DNA of 63,822 nt, filler included, from Octopus bimaculoides (GCF_001194135.2; 4 parts of 4 records of this genome joined end to end with filler, not necessarily neighbours in it), one strand, 5' to 3'. Counted from the first letter of the whole stretch, positions 21,131-35,290 are shown. Numbers and translations are program-made. The notes: generated from the letters alone by a model not told the origin.

Positions 21131-24046
21131 ACATATAAAATTATAATTTAGGGTATCTAAGAGATACCACCACGCTGGAAATAGCCAAATCTTGACTCTA
21201 AAACCACAATAAATGTTCCATTGCATAGCTTCTTTTCTAGAATTGCTGTTCTCTGCAACTCGCTACCCTCGCCTGGCTTTCTCCAGCTCCGTTATATTGA
21301 ACCCTTTAAACTCTGTATCATTTGACATTCTTTGGATTTGTTGCCGCCACATCTTTTCTGGCTTTGTACTCCCTTACGCTACAGTAACTTCAAGCCGTGC
21401 TTAGGAGAAAATCATTAAAAATTGAAAACACAAAAGCAAAGATCTATCACATAAACACATAAACACATAATAGCTGTGAAAACTGCCATCTGAAACACTC
21501 GCTGTAGCTTACTTCATAATATACAAATTGTACAAATAAGTTAAATTACTAACATTTGTCACTAAACTATTTATAATACCAGACAGATGGTTAGAGTTTA
21601 TAGTCACTGACTACATGTGTTTATTCGGTCTCGCAAATTGGTAATATTTATTGGTTTTTAAATTGAAGTTCACATCTAAGAAATTACCTATATGTAAATT
21701 CATATTAACATTAATCATCATTGGTAAATTACTCACAAACTCAAAGAAATTTCCCACCAAACACCATATAACTCCTTAGTACGGATATTCGTAATCATAA
21801 GACTGACATTTGGGTTTACAGCACAATATATATTATCGATTTTATGTTTTCCCGTCCCCCTTTTACTCGTTCTAGTCACTGGACTGCTGCCATGCTGGGG
21901 CATCGCCTTCAAAAGGTTCAAATCGATCCTAGTATTTATTTTTTCTTGAAGTCTTGCAATTATTCTATCCTTCTAATTTGCTGAACCGCCAAGTTTGATT
22001 TGCATTATTACACTCGTTTGAGAATCGGAACCGTGGACACGATTTCTGAAGCTTCGACTTAAAATAAATTTTATAGATTTGCTCTAAATCATAGTATTGA
22101 GTTTTTTTTCACTCGATTGTGTAAGACTGATGCGTGTTTTCTTCCATCCTCCCTCTCTCTCTCTCACTATATATATATATATATATATATATNNNNNNNN
22201 NNNNNNNNNNNNNNNNNNNNNNNNNNNNNNNNNNNNNNNNNNNNNNNNNNNNNNNNNNNNNNNNNNNNNNNNNNNNNNNNNNNNNNNNNNNNNNNNNNNN
22301 NNNNNNNNNNNNNNNNNNNNNNNNNNNNNNNNNNNNNNNNNNNNNNNNNNNNNNNNNNNNNNNNNNNNNNNNNNNNNNNNNNNNNNNNNNNNNNNNNNNN
22401 NNNNNNNNNNNNNNNNNNNNNNNNNNNNNNNNNNNNNNNNNNNNNNNNNNNNNNNNNNNNNNNNNNNNNNNNNNNNNNNNNNNNNNNNNNNNNNNNNNNN
22501 NNNNNNNNNNNNNNNNNNNNNNNNNNNNNNNNNNNNNNNNNNNNNNNNNNNNNNNNNNNNNNNNNNNNNNNNNNNNNNNNNNNNNNNNNNNNNNNNNNNN
22601 NNNNNNNNNNNNNNNNNNNNNNNNNNNNNNNNNNNNNNNNNNNNNNNNNNNNNNNNNNNNNNNNNNNNNNNNNNNNNNNNNNNNNNNNNNNNNNNNNNNN
22701 NNNNNNNNNNNNNNNNNNNNNNNNNNNNNNNNNNNNNNNNNNNNNNNNNNNNNNNNNNNNNNNNNNNNNNNNNNNNNNNNNNNNNNNNNNNNNNNNNNNN
22801 NNNNNNNNNNNNNNNNNNNNNNNNNNNNNNNNNNNNNNNNNNNNNNNNNNNNNNNNNNNNNNNNNNNNNNNNNNNNNNNNNNNNNNNNNNNNNNNNNNNN
22901 NNNNNNNNNNNNNNNNNNNNNNNNNNNNNNNNNTGCAACCAGTAATACAATAAAACAGCAGAAAAGCAGTTAGAGAGAGATTATAAAAGGAGGAATAAAA
23001 ATAACCCGAAAAACCGTATGTGTTCAACTCTCTCAAAGCTACAACAATTGTGGATAATGCTGAGCTTCTTACGAGTGAAGTTGGCTTAGAAAAGCTTTTG
23101 AAATTAGTCTAATTTCATTTTCTAAGTGTTCTTCACAACCTACCGAATATTACAGAGAAGCAGGAGGTTTCTCTCTCTCTCTCTCTCTCTCTTCGCCATT
23201 ACAGTCTCTCTTATTTTGTTGTCTATTGATTTTTGTTTTCTGTTTTCTTTTCATCCTCTTGGCAATTTTTCTTTGATATATATTCCAAACACTTCTCTCC
23301 GTCCGTCTGTTTGTTGGTCCATCTCTCCATCGATCACGTCCATCCATCCATCCATCCATCCTTCCTTCCAGTCCTGTATCCAAACGTCCGTCCATTGTTT
23401 TGCTTTCGTTTTCTGTCTTACATTTGTGAATATTTTCACCCCACCCACCACCGTTTTCGGAAAATGTGCTGAAGGGCTCTAACCAGTGTAAAGAGCAACA
23501 CACGTGGCTGTGTACATCTGTTTGTGTGTTGTGTTGTTTACCATTACGAGGGCTTCTTATATGGACTGATGGTGCACGAAAGGACTCGTCATTATATCTT
23601 TGAAGGGCGATGTAGATATATGATCAGCTTTGACCGATAGAGGCTCTAAGAGGCACACAAGTAAGTCTTTAACGATATTTGTGACAAAAGAGGTCGCAAG
23701 TTGGCAACCACAAATGAAAAATCATTTCTGATGTTGTGCTCTGGCATTGTATCATGTGTGGGCCGTTCCTTTTTAATGACAATGAAGACAAATTTTAGTA
23801 GACTTGGCTGCTGTTTCTTGCAGATACTGAATACGAAACCATTTCCTGAAAATCGGACAATTACAATTTCTTTTTGGATAAAACCATAGAATACTGAAAA
23901 CAGAGAGAAAATCTGATTCTTGAACAGAGTTTGATTGCAATATTCTATCTGGAAATGTTTCAACTTATATCTGTGAACATGAATCAGTCTGTCTGGTTGT
24001 CTGTTTGTCTGGCAATATGTCGATTTATCTAGCAAGCTAGTAACTG

Positions 24047-24109
24047 TCTATGTATGTATGTATGTATGTATGTATGTATGTATGTATGTATGTATGTATG
24101 TATGTATGT

Positions 24110-24145
<36 letters not shown>

Positions 24146-24184
24146 GTAGGTAGATAGATAGATAGACTGAAAGACAGGCATAAC

Positions 24185-24215
<31 letters not shown>

Positions 24216-24240
24216 ATAGATAGATGGATGGATGGATAGA
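24047..24240. repeat. Compound (TATG)n/(TAGA)n microsatellite
   Basis: Seen directly. Confidence 0.95.
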
Positions 24241-25149
24241 TACATTTCTTTTATTAGCCACACAGGGCTCAACAAAGATGGGACAAATACAATGAAGAGC
24301 TTTTCTTTTTGGGAGGGGGAAGGGGAAAAAGTAGGGGGTGTCGATCAAAAAGGATCGTAGGAAGGAAAAAAGGGGGGAGTTCGATCAAAAGGGATCGAGA
24401 AAAAAAAATAGACAGATAGATGGATAGATAGATAGATAGATAGATAGACAGACGGATAGATGGATAGATAGAAGTAATGCTAGAAAGACAGGGAGACAGA
24501 TAATTAGCTAGATAGATAATCCTACTTATCTAACCTATAACCTAGTAACAATGTATATTCCCCCCCCCCCTTTTTTATCGTTCTTTTCAATAATCCTTTA
24601 ATAATTTCGTTCCGTTGTAAATTTATCCTGTTTCCATTTCTTGTTATATGCATAACCTCAAATCATACTAATTTTCATTGAACGGACAACAGTTGAGGAT
24701 TGCAGACAAGGCTGCCGGTGAGAGCTGACCGCTGGCTTTACACCGGATTAGCGAGACAATAGAATACAGCATTGCTATGTCCAGCACACTGCAGGCGTGT
24801 GTCATTCAAATATATTTAATATTGGTATTGAAGTTGGCTCTGTACACACACGGATTCGCAAATGTTTACTCGTTCGATGTACCAGCAAACATGTCTNNNN
24901 NNNNNNNNNNNNNNNNNNNNNNNNNNNNNNNNNNNNNNNNNNNNNNNNNNNNNNNNNNNNNNNNNNNNNNNNNNNNNNNNNNNNNNNNNNNNNNNNNNNN
25001 NNNNNNNNNNNNNNNNNNNNNNNNNNNNNNNNNNNNNNNNNNNNNNNNNNNNNNNNNNNNNNNNNNNNNNNNNNNNNNNNNNNNNNNNNNNNNNNNNNNN
25101 NNNNNNNNNNNNNNNNNNNNNNNNNNNNNNNNNNNNNNNNNNNNNNNNN

Positions 25150-25492
25150 TTCTTCTTCTTCTTCTTCTTCTTCTTCTTCTTCTTCTTCTTCTTCTTCTTC
25201 TTCTTCTTCTTCTTCTTCTTCTTCTTCTTCTTCTTCTTCTTCTTCTTTGACTTCCTTGACTTCGTCTCCTTCCTAAAGGGATTTCTTGTTGTTGTTGGTG
25301 ATGATGATGATGAGGATGATGACATTAATGATGGTGATGATAATGGTGATGACTCTGATGACTCTGATGACTCTGATGATGATTTTGATGGGAATGATGA
25401 CGTCGCCGACGAAAATGACGGTGATGAGGACGATGGTAAAGAAGAAGAAGATGAAGAATAATAATAAGAAGAAGACGGAGAAGAAGAAGAAG

Positions 25493-25523
<31 letters not shown>

Positions 25524-25590
25524 CGATGCTGGTGATGATAATGGCTTAGTAAAGATAGGAAGAAGACAAAAGTAGTAGTAGTAGTAGTAG
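25150..25590. repeat. Compound trinucleotide microsatellites (TTC, GAT, GAA, TAG)
   Basis: Seen directly; source of the poly-K/S/D pseudo-ORFs. Confidence 0.95.
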
Positions 25591-25736
25591 CAATAATCTG
25601 ATTGGTGATAAAAAATAAGAAACTTTACAGAAGTGTCAATCTGGTCTGCAAAGAGCAGATTATCTCCCCTTAAATAACGTCTGCTCGTGACATTTTTCTG
25701 GCTTCCGCTGTGATGTCTCAATGTCTTTTCTTTATG

Positions 25737-25767
<31 letters not shown>

Positions 25768-26504
25768 ATGAGTGTGTTAGTGTCGGTATGAGACTTTTCC
25801 TGGTGCTGGTTGCAATTGGTTCGTACACGTAGAAGCAGGTCCGAGATTTCTGCATAGCGAATTACGATTACGCTATTTTTCGCGCATACAAGAATAAAAT
25901 TTACAACCAAATAAATAAATAAATAGATAAATTAAGAGAGAAGGAAGGAAAGAAAGAAAGAAAAGATAGGTCAATTTATACACCAAGACGACTTTGGAAA
26001 ATCGTAAGTTCTATGTGAAATGCGGCAGGAATTGGGAAGACAGCGACTAAGAATGTTTGAATGTTTAGGCTGCATGTCTGCTCTAAATACATACATACAA
26101 AAATACCCTGTTGCTGATGTTGAAATTCGGATGAAGAAACCTTGGATCTAGGTTAGAAACCGGTTCTTTCTCTATTGGCAAGAAATCTCGAAATAAACTG
26201 AATAATGACACATAGATACGTACATACATACATACATACATACATATGTATGCTCGCAGTATATTTATAAAATTATAGATGGAACAAAAACTCAAAATCC
26301 AGAATAATTCGATAAAAAATGGCGTTTCTCCCTCACTAACGTTGAAGCGGAAAATGCATTGTATAGTTGCCAATAATGAGTTAATTAGACTGTGACAAGT
26401 TTGACTGGCAAAATGGAGTCACTTGAAATTCGGCGAGGAGAAATGCTGCACGGATTAGAAGGAAATGGCCCAAAACAGAAGAAAACATAGACTTCAATAG
26501 TCTG

Positions 26505-26586
26505 GGAATATACATACATACATACATACATACATACATAGATACATAGATACATACAAGCATACATACATACATACATACATACA

Positions 26587-26633
<47 letters not shown>

Positions 26634-26820
26634 CATACATACATGCATGCATGCATACATATATACATACATAATACATATATACAAACACATACATACA
26701 TACAAACATACATACTTACATATGAACATACATACATACTTACATACAAACATACATACATATGTACATACATACATACATACATACATACAAACATACA
26801 TACAAACATATCTACATACA
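26505..26820. repeat. Degenerate (TACA)n microsatellite
   Basis: Seen directly. Confidence 0.95.
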
Positions 26821-26979
26821 GAAATCAGGAAAAATATTCCGTGAATCCAAATAACATTCCATACAAATAGAAGAATATATGAATACTTAAATACCAGCAC
26901 TCTAATGGACATATATTTACATGAGACTCTCGTATTTCGTATGAAAATCAATATGCAATGATTTGGTCATAAAACTGAC

Positions 26980-28130
26980 TCAAATCCAAACATCATTGTC
27001 ACTTTTCTTCGAATTGCTCTTTCGAAAATGTGGGTTATCGGAATAAGACAGTGCTATCACCCATTTATGTATATTCGGACAGTAATGTGTTTATATTCAT
27101 TATGTCCTCTGCTTACACGCTGATATGATTTCAGTATTCCTATTCCATACTGAATGTTCAGGAAAAACGATCTACATTACTTCCGTTGTACATAAATTGC
27201 AAAGCCGTTATGAGATTTGATCTGCTAATATCATAGTCTACATCATTAGCAATCTCCTTCAACAATGCAGTCATTCCTATAAACACGCAATTTACTTTAC
27301 AGCTACAAACCGACGTTATTATTACTACTTGTCATCTTAATTACATTATAAGACGTAATGTGTTGCTTGAGGATAAGAGTTGTAGGGTAAGATAATTTAA
27401 TAGTATTCCTGTTAAAGATCCTATAAAACAAGCATTGTGTTGGAAAATATTTATTGAATAACAAAAAATTTCTAGCTATAGTTATTGCCGCTTTCATTTT
27501 AAACGGTGGATTATATCAAATGATATTACTAGGCTTAATTCTCCTAATCCGACACTTGTAATTAATATAATACATATTCTCCGCGAAACCGCTACAAGCT
27601 GAAGCTTCGTTATAATACAATGAGTAATCTTTAAAAATCTGTGCGTTCGCTGACAACCAAAACAGTTTTAAGGAGACGTTTCAAAACATTTTTGAAATGT
27701 TATTTAGTTGGCTCCAAGACTTGTAGATAAATTTTATGGTCGAATTAGGTTTTCTAATAATTCATTGAAAATCCACTTCAAAATGTTTATTAAGGATTGA
27801 TTCGTGTCTAACGTAATGGACAGATTAAGACCGTTCAAAAAACTTATTCCACTAATACCTGAATCTATTTTTAGCGCAGGGGCTGCAGTTGGTCCTCGGG
27901 AATAGGCTATCATCTCTTTGCACACCTTCTCCTATACGATGGAACGCACTCCTAAAATGAAATAGAATAGGTGGATCAATACGAACAGAAACAGCCGTTA
28001 AAATTCTCGCAACCATACTCAGATTAAAAGTGGGTATTTATCCAAACAGAATTATCAAAGATTATGGCACTTCAGCTTCGGAATCACTCAAATCAGTATT
28101 GATTTAGGCAACAGTAATAACATGAAGCGG
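26980..28130 (-). mobile_element. Degenerate Penelope-like element (RT to GIY-YIG)
   Basis: Broken frames QRDD (YRDD-like), KPNSTIKFI, YYNEA..SGF, NII*YNPPF, IFNRNTIKLSY, FIGMT. Confidence 0.7.
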
Positions 28131-28152
28131 TATTTGAGATGGAAGTACAGTA

Positions 28153-28374
28153 CATATTGGTTTCAACTTTTGGCACAAGGCCAGCAATTTAGGGCGAGGG
28201 GATAAGTCGATTACATCGATCCCCCACCAGTGTTTCACTGGTATCTATTTAACCGTCCCCGATAGGATGAAACTCAAAGTTAACCGAGTGGAATTTGAAT
28301 TCAGAACGTAAACACGGACGAAATGCGGCTTAGCATTTCGACCGGTGTACTAACGACTCTGCCATCTTGCTGCC
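28153..28374 (-). mobile_element. SINE family B
   Basis: Family B motifs in reverse, flanked by the direct repeat gaagtacagt (probable TSD). Confidence 0.8.
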
Positions 28375-28381
28375 TGAAGTA

Positions 28382-28855
28382 CAGTCGTGGCCAAAAATTT
28401 GGAACATAGATCTGAAAATTAGAATTTTTGTATTAAATGGTCAAAGTTATATTAAAAGAAAGCATTTTGGTCTAGAACTACGTTTGTGATTCTGTCATTT
28501 TTACTTCTAGATATTGAACCATAGGATCACTTGTCACATAAGTATATCTTTACATTGTTAGAAACTCTAGCACGCCGGGCGAAATGCTTAGCGGTATTCC
28601 GTCTGTTTACGTTCTGAGTTCAAATTCCGCCGTGGTCGACTTTGCCTTTCATCATTTAGGGCTCGATTAAATAAGTACCAGTTACGCACTGGAGTCGAGG
28701 CAATCGACTTAAATCTCTTTGTCTGTCCTTGTTTGTCCCCTCTATGTTTTGCCCCCTGTGGGCAATAAAGAAATATATATATTTATGGATCGAATTGTAC
28801 TTGGCCATAACAATTTTAATTTTTAAAAAATGCACCAAACTTTTTACCACGACTG
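28382..28855. mobile_element. Tc1-like MITE with a nested SINE B (~28560-28780, +)
   Basis: TA-flanked TIRs cagtcgtggccaaaaatttgg / ccaaactttttaccacgactg. Confidence 0.8.
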
Positions 28856-29989
28856 TACATATTAATAGAAAATTGAATAAATTTGTACGTGTCTTATTAT
28901 GGACACCTTTAAATCAGGCTATCACCGAAAGGAATTATTCAATTTTGCTAAGAATCTCCTTCTTTAAGCTCAGCTAATATCATTTTTAATACATGTTTCT
29001 TCTGTCTGTTTATGATTTAGTGGTATTTAGAATTAACCAGCCTTATAAACAGATTATTGCTGGAATCCGGTTTACGATTCTTAAGTGTGAAATGAAGAAT
29101 TAGAAGAGTTAGCGATTCGTTAGATCCTGGATAAGAATTTCAGAAGAAATCTTAAATCCCGAATTGTTGATATCATTCATTACATTGCTACGTTGCTACT
29201 CGGTTTACAATAATCCTTGGTGCTTGCGTTAAGTAAAAACTACGGTCGTACGGACCCCATTCTTCTCGATACAACTTATCTGGCTTGTCAGAAAGAATAT
29301 GGTTGTTATACAGATCCTTGAATTTTAAACCAGGGTTTTACGATTAGAAAATATATTGTTTCAGAGGAGCAAATGATTCAGAGAAAGCGGAGAATTTTGC
29401 TAATGTATTAAATCTGCAAAATAAAAACTGTTTGCTCCACAGTTATATATAAATGGCAGAATCATCTTTGGATTTTTGATCTCCCTGAATTTTGATTCAA
29501 GAATTTTGATTCACATACATATATGTATGCATGCTTGTATATATATATATATATNNNNNNNNNNNNNNNNNNNNNNNNNNNNNNNNNNNNNNNNNNNNNN
29601 NNNNNNNNNNNNNNNNNNNNNNNNNNNNNNNNNNNNNNNNNNNNNNNNNNNNNNNNNNNNNNNNNNNNNNNNNNNNNNNNNNNNNNNNNNNNNNNNNNNN
29701 NNNNNNNNNNTGTCTGCGTGCGTGTATTTATGCATGTATGTACGTTTGTATACATATGTACGTATATATATATTCAATTAGAGGTTAAATTAGCCTCATT
29801 AAGAGATGGTATCTTCCAATGAATTATTGGTTCAGTACCTAATATTTGTTGTGAATAATCTATAATATAAATCCCTTTCTATCTGTGTGTGTGTGTATGT
29901 GCGTAAGATATTATAACCTGTTTCAGAATGAGTGACAAGATCGCAATCGTCAGCATACAAAAGTTCCCTAATGAGTGAAGTAAAAACCT

Positions 29990-30680
29990 TCGTTTTGAAT
30001 TTCAATCTGGTCAGATTAAAAAAGATATTTTATGTAAATACCCTCCTCAGAGTTTTGAAAAGCGTGAGACAACACAACAGCAAAGTATATTGCAAAGAGG
30101 ATGGGTGCATCAAAGTCTCCTTGCTTTACTCCCTTTTCCACAACAAAAGATTCAGAGAGCCTACCACCAAAGTTAACTCTAGCTTTCATATCTTGATGCA
30201 AAGTCCTGATCATGTTTACAAATTCTTTTGGGCAACCTATTTTCCTTAGAATTAGCCACAGAGCATTTCGATTAACAGTATCGAATGCTTTGCTCAAATC
30301 AACAAAGCAATGGTATAGAGCAAGATTCTGTTCAAGGCACTTGTCTTGTAATTGTCTGATAGTAAAGATACAATCAGCTGTGCCCAATGAGGAACGAAAA
30401 CCACACTGAGACTCAACACTATATTTGGAACTATGAAGGTATTTAAACGTTCTAAGAGAATGCGGACAAGTACCTTTCCAACCACAGACAAAAGCGAAAT
30501 CCCACGAAAATTGCCACACAGATCCTTTGGCCCCGATTTATACAAGGAGTCTGAAATAGCATCAGTCTAGTCTTGAGGCACTTTCTCAGTTCTCCAACAG
30601 TGACAAATTAATATATTTTAGAGTTCAAACATATTTGAAGACTTCTGCACAGATTCCATCAGACCCTGGGGACCTATTGT
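29990..30680 (-). mobile_element. RTE (BovB-like) LINE reverse-transcriptase fragment
   Basis: CGNFRGISLLSVVGKVL, ESQCGFR..GTADCIFTIRQLQ, FVDLSKAFDTV, GVKQGD..APILF; frameshifted. Confidence 0.9.
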
Positions 30681-30689
30681 TATTCAGCT

Positions 30690-31255
30690 TATTCATATGT
30701 GGTACCTTCTTACTTTTTCCTACAAGGCCTTAGTGTTAACCCTGCCGCGCACATTGAGGTCCTGGAATAATTGTTAAGCATAGACAGTGTATGCAACGGA
30801 AGGCCATATGTGTTTCGGTAAGACTCTGCATTATTACACATGGCTCTAGTAACACAGGAATGGATGGCTGAACATTTTCATGATCACATAACCCCTAACA
30901 TTTGGCCTCCTAATCCCCCAGATCTCAATCCATTAGACTATTACATGTGGAGCGTTTTTGAGAGAGAGGTCAATGAACATGCCCATAACACCAAAGATTC
31001 TTTGAAACCTGCCATAGTCAGAGTAATATCCAAAATGAACCAGGACCACTTGATTCAAGCATGTACATGATTTAGATCTCATATAGAAGCAGTTGTTGAA
31101 GCTGAAGGTGGCTTTATTGAATAACATTGCAGAAAAGAAGGTTTATTTTTATCCTCATAGCATTTTTTGATAAATAAAGTTATTATCTGTTATTATGTAT
31201 CTGTTTCTTTTTTTTTATAAACATAAATCTGTCCTCAAATAACTTATGCACTCTG
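30690..31255 (+). mobile_element. Tc1/mariner (maT/DD37D-like) transposon, 3' part
   Basis: RPYVF.*DSA...TQEW...WPPNPPDLNPLDYYMW...IEAVVEAEGGFIE; end aataacttatgcactctg|TA. Confidence 0.85.
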
Positions 31256-32513
31256 TATATATGTACATATATATATATATATTCGCGCGCAAGCCAAGCC
31301 CTTGTTATAATTACATATATATATGGATATATACATATATACATACATAGGAAAATGAAAAAAAGCCAGAATGCTGAACTGGAAGTATAATTTAATAAAG
31401 ATTTCTTCTAACCGGTTTTCATTGCGAAGAAGCAAATTATCAAGAAGGAGAATGAAAATGGTTTTTTACAAAGAAGTACAAAATGAAGAAAATAATATAT
31501 AAAACAATAATATATAAAAAAATAAATNNNNNNNNNNNNNNNNNNNNNNNNNNNNNNNNNNNNNNNNNNNNNNNNNNNNNNNNNNNNNNNNNNNNNNNNN
31601 NNNNNNNNNNNNNNNNNNNNNNNNNNNNNNNNNNNNNNNNNNNNNNNNNNNNNNNNNNNNNNNNNNNNNNNNNNNNNNNNNNNNNNNNNNNNNNNNNNNN
31701 NNNNNNNNNNNNNNNNNNNNNNNNNNNNNNNNNNNNNNNNNNNNNNNNNNNNNNNNNNNNNNNNNNNNNNNNNNNNNNNNNNNNNNNNNNNNNNNNNNNN
31801 NNNNNNNNNNNNNNNNNNNNNNNNNNNNNNNNNNNNNNNNNNNNNNNNNNNNNNNNNNNNNNNNNNNNNNNNNNNNNNNNNNNNNNNNNNNNNNNNNNNN
31901 NNNNNNNNNNNNNNNNNNNNNNNNNNNNNNNNNNNNNNNNNNNNNNNNNNNNNNNNNNNNNNNNNNNNNNNNNNNNNNNNNNNNNNNNNNNNNNNNNNNN
32001 NNNNNNNNNNNNNNNNNNNNNNNNNNNNNNNNNNNNNNNNNNNNNNNNNNNNNNNNNNNNNNNNNNNNNNNNNNNNNNNNNNNNNNNNNNNNNNNNNNNN
32101 NNNNNNNNNNNNNNNNNNNNNNNNNNNNNNNNNNNNNNNNNNNNNNNNNNNNNNNNNNNNNNNNNNNNNNNNNNNNNNNNNNNNNNNNNNNNNNNNNNNN
32201 NNNNNNNNNNNNNNNNNNNNNNNNNNNNNNNNNNNNNNNNNNNNNNNNNNNNNNNNNNNNNNNNNNNNNNNNNNNNNNNNNNNNNNNNNNNNNNNNNNNN
32301 NNNNNNNNNNNNNNNNNNNNNNNNNNNNNNNNNNNNNNNNNNNNNNNNNNNNNNNNNNNNNNNNNNNNNNNNNNNNNNNNNNNNNNNNNNNNNNNNNNNN
32401 NNNNNNNNNNNNNNNNNNNNNNNNNNNNNNNNNNNNNNNNNNNNNNNNNNNNNNNNNNNNNNNNNNNNNNNNNNNNNNNNNNNNNNNNNNNNNNNNNNNN
32501 NNNNNNNNNNNNN

Positions 32514-33170
32514 AGAGAGAGAGAGAGAGAGAGAGAGAACGATTGAAAGAGATAAATAGATAGATAGATAGATAGATATATATATCATAAAAGGATAAAA
32601 GTACGTTCCCGAACCATATGCTTATGAGGCCGGATTTCCGGATGCTATGGCGTATAAGATGAGTCATCGGTATCAATGTTATTTGCTTTTCTCTGTTGGG
32701 TTAAAAGGAGCAACAAGCAACGAAGTGTTTTGTTCAAGAACACAACACAACGCTTGGTCCAGGAATTGAAACCAGACAAAGACACACACACACACGCACA
32801 CGCACACGCACACATATATAGCGATAGATAAATAGATATACAGAGACAGAGAGAGGAGGGTAAGAGGTAGAAAGAGAAAGAGAGAAACACGGAGATAGAG
32901 AATGAGAAATAGGCACTGAGAAAACAAGTCGAAGTGAGAGAGAGAGAGAGAGTGAGACAGACAGACAGAGGAGAAAGAGAGAGAAAGAAAGGGAGAAAGA
33001 AGAAGAGAAACAGAAACAGAAAGAAAGAGAGAGAGAAAGAGAGAGAGAGAGGAAGAGAGAGAAAGCGAGAGAGAGAAAGCGAGAGAGAGACGCAGACTAA
33101 TAAAGAGAGAGAGAGAGTGAGTGTGAGAGAGAGAAGCGGAAGGGCAGGTAACAAGTACTGAGATGGAATA
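32514..33170. repeat. Polypurine (GA-rich) tract with embedded microsatellites
   Basis: Seen directly. Confidence 0.9.
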
Positions 33171-33494
33171 AATAGGGAAACGACACACAGACACACATGC
33201 ATATACATACACCTTTAACCACATATATATACATACACGCTTAACTACATATATATATATACATACACGCTTAACCATAAATATATAGACACAAATGTAG
33301 AAATAGTCAGATAGCCAAAACGGATAGACAAACAGACAGACAGGCAAAAGCAGAGACAGTTTGATTAATTGTCTTATTCTTAGTGTCAATGGAAATCCAG
33401 ACATTCTTCAAAATACGATCAATGTTTAGATACAAGAACATTAGAAGAACAAGTTTAATCAGTTAGTTTCGATTTAATTTCGTTCTATAGATAA

Positions 33495-33659
33495 ATAGGC
33501 GCGGGCATGGCTGTGTGATAAAGAAGCTCACTTGAAAACTACGAGGTTTTAGGTTCAGTCCTACAGCGCAGCACTTCGGGTATATGTCTTCGACAAACCA
33601 GTGTCGTATTGTTTTATCAGTGAATATGGTAGACGGAGACTGGGAGGAACCCGTAGTGC

Positions 33660-33670
<11 letters not shown>
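33495..33670 (+). mobile_element. SINE family A head
   Basis: aggcgcgggcatggctgtgtgataaag...ggttcagtcctacagcg...gtagacggagactgg. Confidence 0.7.
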
Positions 33671-33691
<21 letters not shown>

Positions 33692-33835
33692 GATTACACA
33701 TATACATTAAACCGGAAACTAACAAAACACAAACCAGAACATGCTGGAGATTAATAACTTACTCACACACAAACACATACACAAATACACGCAGACACCA
33801 GCTTCATACTAATCGATGTATATAAGGTTGTAGAG

Positions 33836-33866
33836 CTATTATTATTATTATTATTATCATTATTAA

Positions 33867-33908
<42 letters not shown>

Positions 33909-33963
33909 GGTTATACCAAAGGAGACATTACATTATGCATAAAATAAGACGCTTAGCTGCATC

Positions 33964-34030
<67 letters not shown>
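33836..34030. repeat. (TTA)n microsatellites
   Basis: Seen directly. Confidence 0.95.
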
Positions 34031-34032
<2 letters not shown>

Positions 34033-34404
34033 CATTTTCCTAATTTCTATTTATATATCCTTTTGTTATCTCCGTTCATGTTGTAGTGTTTCCTCTTCAT
34101 CGAAGTAAGCCCCTCCTGTTTTTTTTTGCGTTGTATCTCAATGTTTTGGGCCCTTGTGGCCAATAAAAGAAACCTTTATCACCAGCGTCATCATCATCAT
34201 CATCATCATCATTATTACTACTATTTTTGTTGTTGTTGTTGTTGCTGTTGTTAATTAAATATCAGCTCCGTGTTTCAATCAACTGCTTCAGTTTGATGTC
34301 TCCTCTGAGGCGTCGTTATATTCTGCACCCGAGAAGAATTAAAGCAGTAACTTGAAATGGTTTACTATATTGGAGGGTTAATAGACACATAAATATAATC
34401 ACGC

Positions 34405-34510
34405 ACACACACACAGACACATGCACACACACACAGACACATGCACACACACACAGACACATGCACACACACACAGACACATGCACAGACACATGCACAC
34501 ACACACAATC
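34405..34510. repeat. ~22-bp CA-rich minisatellite (acacacacagacacatgcac)
   Basis: About five imperfect tandem units. Confidence 0.85.
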
Positions 34511-35072
34511 TCTCCCAGACACATGTGCGCGCGCGTATACAACTTACACTTCTCATTTATACTCTCTCTTTACACGGTCCCTTTTAGACAAAGCGCTAAT
34601 TTACGTCGACGCAAACAAACCAACACTACTCGTCAAACACAAACACACACACATACATACATATATATATACACACACACATATACATATATACATACGT
34701 ATATACATTCATATATACATACGTATATGATTGTTTTTGGTTGCTACTTTGGAATCCTCGGCATAGCAGTTTGCTTTGCGGGAAGAGCTATTCTAAAAGC
34801 GCGGTCTGCCACATCTTCGAAACGCCTAGTTGAGAATAGAGGCAGCTGATGAAAGAAAAGTTCCATATGTGGCTTGTCTGTTTTCCTATGTGTTCATTCT
34901 GTCGTCCGTAAAAAAAGGTTCGTTTTTGTGCTTTGTTTATGCTCCCGTTCCTTTTTTGTCCACGTTTTTTTTGACGTCCTGTACCCGGATATGCATCTAT
35001 ATATACACGTAGATGTAGATATGCACAATTTCTATTACCTGTTGCTATCCATAGAACTTCGTACTGGCAGTT

Positions 35073-35159
<87 letters not shown>

Positions 35160-35290
35160 CGACGGGCTTCTTTCAGTTCCCGTCCTACCAAATCCACTCA
35201 GAAGGCTTTGGTCGGCCAGAGGGTATAGTAGAAGACTGAATCTGAACCCATGTGGTTGGTAAGCAAGCTAACTTACCACACAGCTACTCC
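35160..35290 (-). mobile_element. SINE family A head, internally deleted
   Basis: gacgggcttctttcagttcccgtc...aaggctttggtcggcc...cttaccacacagctactcc. Confidence 0.75.

Noticed and set aside
23530-24030. Unique-looking segments with ORFs (also 28990-29450, 5080-5560, 47500-47800)
   Set aside because: They are possibly old TE debris; no diagnostic motif or convincing splice signals were found.
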